A stretch of 32,000 nt of DNA from Horticoccus luteus (lineage in GTDB: Bacteria > Verrucomicrobiota > Verrucomicrobiia > Opitutales > Opitutaceae). Positions 27,488-32,000 of this stretch are shown here, piece by piece. A program made the position numbers and the translations under genes. The stretch spans positions 1,740,001-1,772,000 of the forward strand of contig NZ_CP080507.1 in NCBI RefSeq assembly GCF_019464535.1, in the 5' to 3' direction. Within the stretch, counting starts at the first letter, position 1, and every line of letters begins with the position of its first letter. The notes below the pieces were generated by a model. That model had not been told where the DNA came from and searched no databases. It saw only the letters and a program-made list of their open reading frames with translations.

Positions 27488-30154
27488 TCATGGCATCGCG
27501 TAAATCTCGACGAGCGCTTCTCCGGTGGTGCCGCCGACGCCGGAAACCTGCACGGTGTAGGCGTTGCCGGGTTGCAGCGTGAGCAACACCGCGGCGTCTT
27601 TGCTCGCGTGCGGAAGGTCGAAGGCACCCACCGTGGTGAACGAACTGGCGAGGGAGGGATCCCAGTCATCATTGGCAGCGATCGGCGAGCCGCCATCGTA
27701 GACCGAGAGTTGCGGATCGGCGAGGGCGCCGGCGACGCCGAAGGTGGTGAGCGTGGGGCCGACAGCGCGGATCAGGAGTTGGCGAGGCCCGGCGCCGCCG
27801 AGCACGAAACCGGCAATGAGAATATCGTTGCCCGTGCCCACACGGAAACGCGTGGAGAGATTAACCATCTTGCGACCATCGTCCGGGCCGGCGTCGTAAG
27901 CTTCTACGAGCACGGAACCGGTGTCGGTGGCGGTCGCTTGCGCCGTGTGGGGGCCGCTGACCGGCTGCAAAAACGCCGCGTCCTTGCTGCCGGCGTCGAA
28001 GGCAAAGGCACCGAGACTCGCGAAGGTTGAGGCGAGCGAGGGATCCCAGTTGTCGTTGGAAGTCACCACCGTGCTACCGTCGAAGAGCGTCACGTTCGGG
28101 TCGCTCACGCCGGCGACACCGAATTGCGCAAGGGCCGGGCCGGCGGCGCGGACGAGGATGGGCTTGGCGCCGCCGTCGACGACGAAGCCGACGATCAGTG
28201 TCTGCGCCGCGGTGGTCGCGGCGCGAACGGAAAGATTGGAAAGGTAACTTGGCGGCGCGGCAACGACGAGGAGGTCGCCCCGCAGAATGGTGCCGGCAGA
28301 GCCGATGCCGACGACGACCGAGTCGTGGGCGACCGTGCGTTCGATGAGAGAATTCGGAGCAAACGAGTTTTCGACAGGTGTCCAGGTCACGCCGTCTGCG
28401 CTGCTGTAGGCGGCGGCGCCATAGCCGGCGCTGCGCGCGATGAACTGATGCCCGACAAACTTAACGCTACTCAGCGCAAAAGTCGTCGGCAGCGCGTTGA
28501 TGGTCCAGTTGGTTCCGTCCGGGCTTGTGACGGATTGCCGATCACTGTTCAGGATGACGAAGCGGTTGTTGCCGTAAGCGATGGACTCCGGGCTGGCGGT
28601 CATGCCGGTCGGCGTGGTGTTGGACCATGCAATGCCGTCGGCGCTGGTGAAGAGTTTAGGCGCGGTGGAACCGTAGCCCAGCATGGCGAGCACGAATTTG
28701 TCGCCGCCGAAGACCAGGCCGACGGTGTTGCCGCCGGAAGAGGCGATGCCGACGGCGGCACTCCACGTGACGCCATCGACGCTGGTGCGCGCGCCGAGGG
28801 CAGTGGCGTCGTAGGCGGCGACAAATTTGCCGTTGCCGCAGGCGACGTCTTTGTAGCGCTCATACTGGGTTCCGCTGACATTGGTCCAGGTGGTGAGGTC
28901 GGAGCTGTGATAGATACCGGCGTAGTCAGCGGTGACGTAACGCGTGCCGTTATAGGTCAGGCGGCCGAAGTTGGCGGTGGTGCCGGTGTTGATTTGGGTC
29001 CACGTCGCGCCATCGGGACTGGTGAGGATCGTACCCCCGGCGCCCGACGCGACGAATTGTGTGCCGTCGAAGATGAGGCCGCTTAGGTCGTTGATCGTGC
29101 CGGTCGACTGCCGTGTCCAAGTCACGCCATCGAGCGACGTGGTGATGGAGCCGTAGGAGCCGAAAACGAAAAAAACGTTGTTGGCGCAGGCCGTCCAGGA
29201 GACGCCTTCGAATTGCGCGCCGAGCTGGCGGGCGGAATTGGGAAGGGCGGAGGTTTGTTTTGTCCAGGAAACGCCGTCCGGGCTGGAAAAGACGAGTTTG
29301 CCGCCGGCGCCCACCACGGCGGTCGGCGAAGCGCATACGGAGATGAGTCCCACGCCGCCTCCGCCACCCGCGAGCGCGTTGGCAATGGTCCATGACGTGC
29401 CATCCGTCGACGTGTAGGCGACCGCGTTGAAATTGTTGTCGCGGCCGACGGCGATGAACATAGTGCCGTTGAAGGCGACATCCGAAATGTAAGGCGCCGA
29501 ATTGCCGATGCTGCCTGCGACGGCGATTTGCGTCCACGTGGCACCGTCCGCGCTCGTGATAACGGAGTTGCCGCTGCCGGCCACCACGAAGCGGCCATTG
29601 CCGTAGGCGCTGCCTTCCGGGATGATCACGGTGTCGGCAGCAAGCGGCGACCACGTCAGGCCGTCGGGACTGGTCAGGACACGGGCGCGAGCGGCGGCGC
29701 CGCCGCCCAAGACCCAGAGTCCGTCGCCATGCACGACAGTGTGATATTGCGCGTTGTAGGAGGCTGCGACTGTGGAGTTGATGGTCCAGTTGATGCCGTC
29801 GGCACTCGTCATCACGAGGCCGGCACCCGACGCGTCCGGCGTGCCCATGCCCACGGCGACAAACAAACCGTCTCCGTAATCGATCGAGTTGAGCACCACG
29901 TTGGCTGTGCTCATGCGTCGAATCGTCCAGGTAACGGTGTCCGGACTGGTGGCGATGGTGCCGTCCGCACCGACAACGACGTAAAGACCGTGGCCGTAAG
30001 CCGCGTCCTTCCACGCGATGGAGGCCGGGAGAGAATTCGCCCACTGCCAGTTTTGCTGGGCGAGCAACGGAAGCACGGCGAGCGCGAGCGGGACCAACCT
30101 CGCGACGGAACGGAACGCGCAATAAAGGGCGCGCTGAACGGTGAGAAATTTCAT
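27488..30154 (-). CDS. Secreted paralog A: signal peptide, 14 Asp-box-like blades (probably two 7-blade beta-propellers) and 2x uncharacterised C-terminal module (function unknown)
   Basis: MKFLTVQRALYCAFRSVARLVPLALAVLPLLAQQ is the signal peptide. There are 13 clear S/T-x-D-G-x-x-W blade ends plus a closing strand. Two C-terminal modules follow. The protein ends ...LVEIYAMP(stop). Confidence 0.88.
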   Translation of the reverse strand: MKFLTVQRALYCAFRSVARLVPLALAVLPLLAQQNWQWANSLPASIAWKDAAYGHGLYVVVGADGTIATSPDTVTWTIRRMSTANVVLNSIDYGDGLFVAVGMGTPDASGAGLVMTSADGINWTINSTVAASYNAQYHTVVHGDGLWVLGGGAAARARVLTSPDGLTWSPLAADTVIIPEGSAYGNGRFVVAGSGNSVITSADGATWTQIAVAGSIGNSAPYISDVAFNGTMFIAVGRDNNFNAVAYTSTDGTSWTIANALAGGGGGVGLISVCASPTAVVGAGGKLVFSSPDGVSWTKQTSALPNSARQLGAQFEGVSWTACANNVFFVFGSYGSITTSLDGVTWTRQSTGTINDLSGLIFDGTQFVASGAGGTILTSPDGATWTQINTGTTANFGRLTYNGTRYVTADYAGIYHSSDLTTWTNVSGTQYERYKDVACGNGKFVAAYDATALGARTSVDGVTWSAAVGIASSGGNTVGLVFGGDKFVLAMLGYGSTAPKLFTSADGIAWSNTTPTGMTASPESIAYGNNRFVILNSDRQSVTSPDGTNWTINALPTTFALSSVKFVGHQFIARSAGYGAAAYSSADGVTWTPVENSFAPNSLIERTVAHDSVVVGIGSAGTILRGDLLVVAAPPSYLSNLSVRAATTAAQTLIVGFVVDGGAKPILVRAAGPALAQFGVAGVSDPNVTLFDGSTVVTSNDNWDPSLASTFASLGAFAFDAGSKDAAFLQPVSGPHTAQATATDTGSVLVEAYDAGPDDGRKMVNLSTRFRVGTGNDILIAGFVLGGAGPRQLLIRAVGPTLTTFGVAGALADPQLSVYDGGSPIAANDDWDPSLASSFTTVGAFDLPHASKDAAVLLTLQPGNAYTVQVSGVGGTTGEALVEIYAMP
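27491..27871 (-). repeat. Paralog A C-terminal module copy 2
   Basis: MVNLSTRFRVGTGNDILIAGFVLGG...LIRAVGPTLTTFGVAGALADPQLSV...ANDDWDPSLASSF..VGAFDLPHASKDAAVLLTLQPGNAYTVQVSG...GEALVEIYAMP. Confidence 0.8.
27890..28249 (-). repeat. Paralog A C-terminal module copy 1
   Basis: LSNLSVRAATTAAQTLIVGFVVDGG...LVRAAGPALAQFGVAGVSDPNVTL...SNDNWDPSLASTF..LGAFAFDAGSKDAAFLQPVSGPHTAQATA...GSVLVEAYD. Confidence 0.8.
28280..30022 (-). repeat. 14 tandem ~40-45-aa propeller blades of paralog A
   Basis: Each unit is [I/V]-x-[Y/F]-G-[N/D/H]-G-x-[F/Y]-[V/I]-A-V-G, then a short loop, then T-S-x-D-G-x-[T/S]-W-[T/S]. Examples are YGHGLYVVVG..TSPDTVTWT, YGDGLFVAVG..TSADGINWT and YGNGRFVVAG..TSADGATWT. Confidence 0.75.
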
Positions 30155-30192
30155 GACCCGCCGAGTCTAACGGCCTCGGGAGACCTGCGGAA

Positions 30193-30208
30193 TACGTAGA
30201 CGTGCGTA
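30193..30208 (-). promoter_or_regulatory. Second, partly degenerate copy of the palindromic element, upstream of paralog A (core of the 19-mer at 30191-30209)
   Basis: Plus strand AATACGTAGACGTGCGTAG against AATACGCACACGTGCGTAG at 27425-27443. It lies 37-55 nt upstream of ATG 30154 and 50 nt downstream of the LuxR-type regulator stop. Confidence 0.55.
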
Positions 30209-30258
30209 GCCTAATTCCACCATCGCGCGGCCGGGCGGTACGACGCGGCGCGACGGAA

Positions 30259-31143
30259 TCAGCGGGCGTCCGGCCGAAGAATTTCCAACGCAGCGACGGT
30301 AGCGGCGGTGCGTGTTTCGCAGCCGAGTTTGCGGAAAATATTTTCCACGTGCTTGTGCACCGTGCGGACGTTGGCGCCCAGAATGGTTGCTACGTCGGGA
30401 TTACTTTTCCCTTGGGCGATCCAATACAGAATCTCCGCCTCGCGGGGCGTCAGGCCGAGCGCAATCAGGGCCGGCGGGCCGAGAGTGGAGCGTTTCTCGT
30501 CGAGCATGAGCAGCACGAGATCAGTGCGCCCGGTTTCCGCGAAACGACGGACATCAAGCGGGGACTCGGCGTCAGCCAGATTCGCCGGGAGAGCGCCGGC
30601 GTCGCGGGCCGGGAAATGCTGGTGCAGGAGATTCTCCGCCCGGCGGGTCGAAAAGACGATGCGCCCGGCGGCATCCACGAGGAGGACGGCGCGATCGAGC
30701 GACTGGCTCAACTCGTTCTCCGCTTCGATGCGCAGCGCGAGTTCGTCGGCGAGGGAGCGTTGCAACGCGCGGATTTGGAGATGGGCGGCGACACGCGCCA
30801 GCACCTCTGGGGGATACACGGGTTTAGTGATGTAATCGACGGCGCCGGCCGAAAATGCGCGGACTTTTTCCGCGGCGTCGTGCAATGCAGTCATGAACAG
30901 AACCGGCACCTCGCGGCACCGCTCATCGCGCTTCAAGATGGCGCAAAGCTCGAAGCCATTCACCTGTGGCATCAGCACATCGAGCAGGAAGAGATCAGGG
31001 GTGTTGTGCGCGAGCAGGGCGAGGGCGCTGGCCGCGCTTTCGGCGACGAGCACATCGTAACCGGCGTCGCTCAGGGCATCGAGCATGAGCGAGATGTTGG
31101 CCGGCGTGTCATCGACCACGAGGACCTTGGCGGGCGGGCTCAT
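30259..31143 (-). CDS. Response regulator: receiver (REC), coiled-coil/PAS-like segment and LuxR/FixJ-type HTH
   Basis: REC: VLVVDDTPANI...LLDVLMPQVNGFE...ITKP. Middle: AVLLVDAAGRIVFSTRRAENLL (PAS-like). C-terminus: LTPREAEILYWIAQGKSNPDVATILGANVRTVHKHVENIFRKLG (LuxR HTH). ATGA overlap with the upstream kinase stop (31140-31143). Confidence 0.88.
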   Translation of the reverse strand: MSPPAKVLVVDDTPANISLMLDALSDAGYDVLVAESAASALALLAHNTPDLFLLDVLMPQVNGFELCAILKRDERCREVPVLFMTALHDAAEKVRAFSAGAVDYITKPVYPPEVLARVAAHLQIRALQRSLADELALRIEAENELSQSLDRAVLLVDAAGRIVFSTRRAENLLHQHFPARDAGALPANLADAESPLDVRRFAETGRTDLVLLMLDEKRSTLGPPALIALGLTPREAEILYWIAQGKSNPDVATILGANVRTVHKHVENIFRKLGCETRTAATVAALEILRPDAR

Positions 31144-32000
31144 GTCACGGGCGAATCGCCGAGGCGCCCGGCCAGTTGCCGGCGGATTGCTTCCATCTGG
31201 AAGGCGGTGGCGGCGATCTCCAACTCGCGCAGCCCGGCATCGGTGGGGAATTGTTTTCGCAGGACCGCAAGGTGTTCACGGAGCGGACGAATTTCGCCGC
31301 GACGCGCGAGATCGAGGAGTTGCCGAAGATCGCGCAGAGGAACGTCACCCGGTGCGGTGGAGCTGAACGGCGACGATGATTCTTCGTAACGCCAAGTGAG
31401 CCGAAGATGGAGGCCGAGTTTCGCCAGCAGTTCGGATTGGCGGAAAGGCTTGGGCAGAAAGTCATCGCAACCCGCGGCAAGCGCTTCGTCGCGATTGAAC
31501 GAGAGCACCGAGGCGGACATCGCCACGATGGCGATGCGCGCGGCGGCAGGGCGCGTGCGCAGGGCGCGCGTGATGGCGATCCCATCCATGTCGGGCATGC
31601 GCAGATCGACGAGCACCGCGTCGAAGGCTTGCGCATCGAATTTCGCAAGGGCGGCGAGTCCCGTGTCGGCTTCTTCGCAAGCGAAACCCAAAGGGGTGAG
31701 CAGCTCCACGAGCACAGCGCGATTCACTGCCACGTCGTCGACGATCAAAAGCCGTCGCCGCGGACCGGCGTAGGCGAGGGGCTGGCGCATGGTCGGCGCG
31801 GAGGCGTCGGCGTCGACGGCGAGCGGTTCGAGCGCGAGTGAGAAGGAGAAGGTGCTGCCGCATCCGAGTTCGCTTTCCACGGTGATCGTGCCGCCCATGA
31901 GCTGCACGAAGCGCTGGGCGATCGCGAGGCCGAGACCGGTGCCGGGCTCGGGTGGGCGCGCGTCCGCCGCTTGATGGAACGGCTGGAAAAGTTGGACTTG
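31140..32000 (-). CDS. Hybrid sensor histidine kinase, 5' part outside the window: end of HATPase_c, receiver domain and an ~86-aa helical tail
   Basis: The reading frame is open to nt 32000. G2-box region FQPFHQA...GTGLGLAIAQRFVQLMGGTITVESELGCGSTFSF. REC: RLLIVDDVAVNR...DLRMPDMDG...LPKP. The C-terminal tail ...LRDLRQLLDLARRGEIRPLREHLAVLRKQFP... has no family I can assign. Confidence 0.85.
   Translation of the reverse strand, partial: QVQLFQPFHQAADARPPEPGTGLGLAIAQRFVQLMGGTITVESELGCGSTFSFSLALEPLAVDADASAPTMRQPLAYAGPRRRLLIVDDVAVNRAVLVELLTPLGFACEEADTGLAALAKFDAQAFDAVLVDLRMPDMDGIAITRALRTRPAAARIAIVAMSASVLSFNRDEALAAGCDDFLPKPFRQSELLAKLGLHLRLTWRYEESSSPFSSTAPGDVPLRDLRQLLDLARRGEIRPLREHLAVLRKQFPTDAGLRELEIAATAFQMEAIRRQLAGRLGDSPVT

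Noticed and set aside
25827-30122. Several 300-390-aa ORFs inside the paralog A/B genes (25827-26993 +, 28124-29086 +, 28950-30122 - in an alternative frame) and 30202-31389 + opposite the regulator
   Set aside because: The chosen frames give signal peptides, regular blade repeats and four homologous modules. The alternatives are Arg/Gly/Asp-rich with no periodicity or motifs.
30191-30218. ECF-sigma-like promoter reading of the paralog A leader (GGAAT-N17-CGTA in gene orientation)
   Set aside because: The equivalent position upstream of paralog B reads CTGCATC and has no GGAAC-like -35. The ECF interpretation therefore does not explain the element shared by both leaders.
1-32000. Search for mobile elements, CRISPR arrays, defence-island hallmarks (integrase, transposase, RT, nuclease/helicase pairs, toxin-antitoxin pairs) and long direct DNA repeats
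   Set aside because: I recognised none. The only repeats are intragenic protein-level repeats in paralogs A and B, the 19-mer pair, and hairpins. This was manual inspection, so short or diverged repeats could have been missed.

Overview
GC-rich bacterial chromosomal segment, densely coding on both strands. I see no rRNA, tRNA, CRISPR array, transposase, integrase or prophage signature. The PEP-CTERM sorting signal, orphan prepilin-type protein, weak Shine-Dalgarno signals and high GC suggest a Verrucomicrobiota/PVC-like organism; this is inference only.

nt 1-25.1k is mostly housekeeping:
- ruvX (partial)-truA-comF-accD
- an orphan OppD/OppF-type ABC ATPase pair
- a PEP-CTERM-anchored ice-binding-like (DUF3494) protein
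- an LPS-core locus with an LpxL-acyltransferase::GT9-heptosyltransferase fusion, divergent from a second GT9 gene
- serS-tilS-ftsH, ugd, glnS, a CBS/DRTGG family-II pyrophosphatase, a pseudopilin and ilvE
- a Firmicute-style mcsA-mcsB-clpC arginine-kinase/unfoldase operon without ctsR

The least explained, most accessory-looking part is nt 25.1-32k on the minus strand. It reads hybrid histidine kinase (partial) -> REC-PAS-LuxR response regulator -> two tandem paralogous secreted proteins. These carry 14-blade and 7-blade Asp-box-like beta-propellers, and each ends in two copies of an uncharacterised ~125-aa module.

Both paralogs are preceded, at the same distance from their ATG, by a 19-nt element that is 17/19 identical and has a palindromic TACGCAC-AC-GTGCGTA core. 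The surrounding leader DNA is otherwise unrelated. I propose this element is the operator/promoter feature tying both genes to the adjacent two-component system; this is my best candidate for an undescribed system.

Many long ORFs in the six-frame track are antisense shadow ORFs of GC-rich genes and were rejected.
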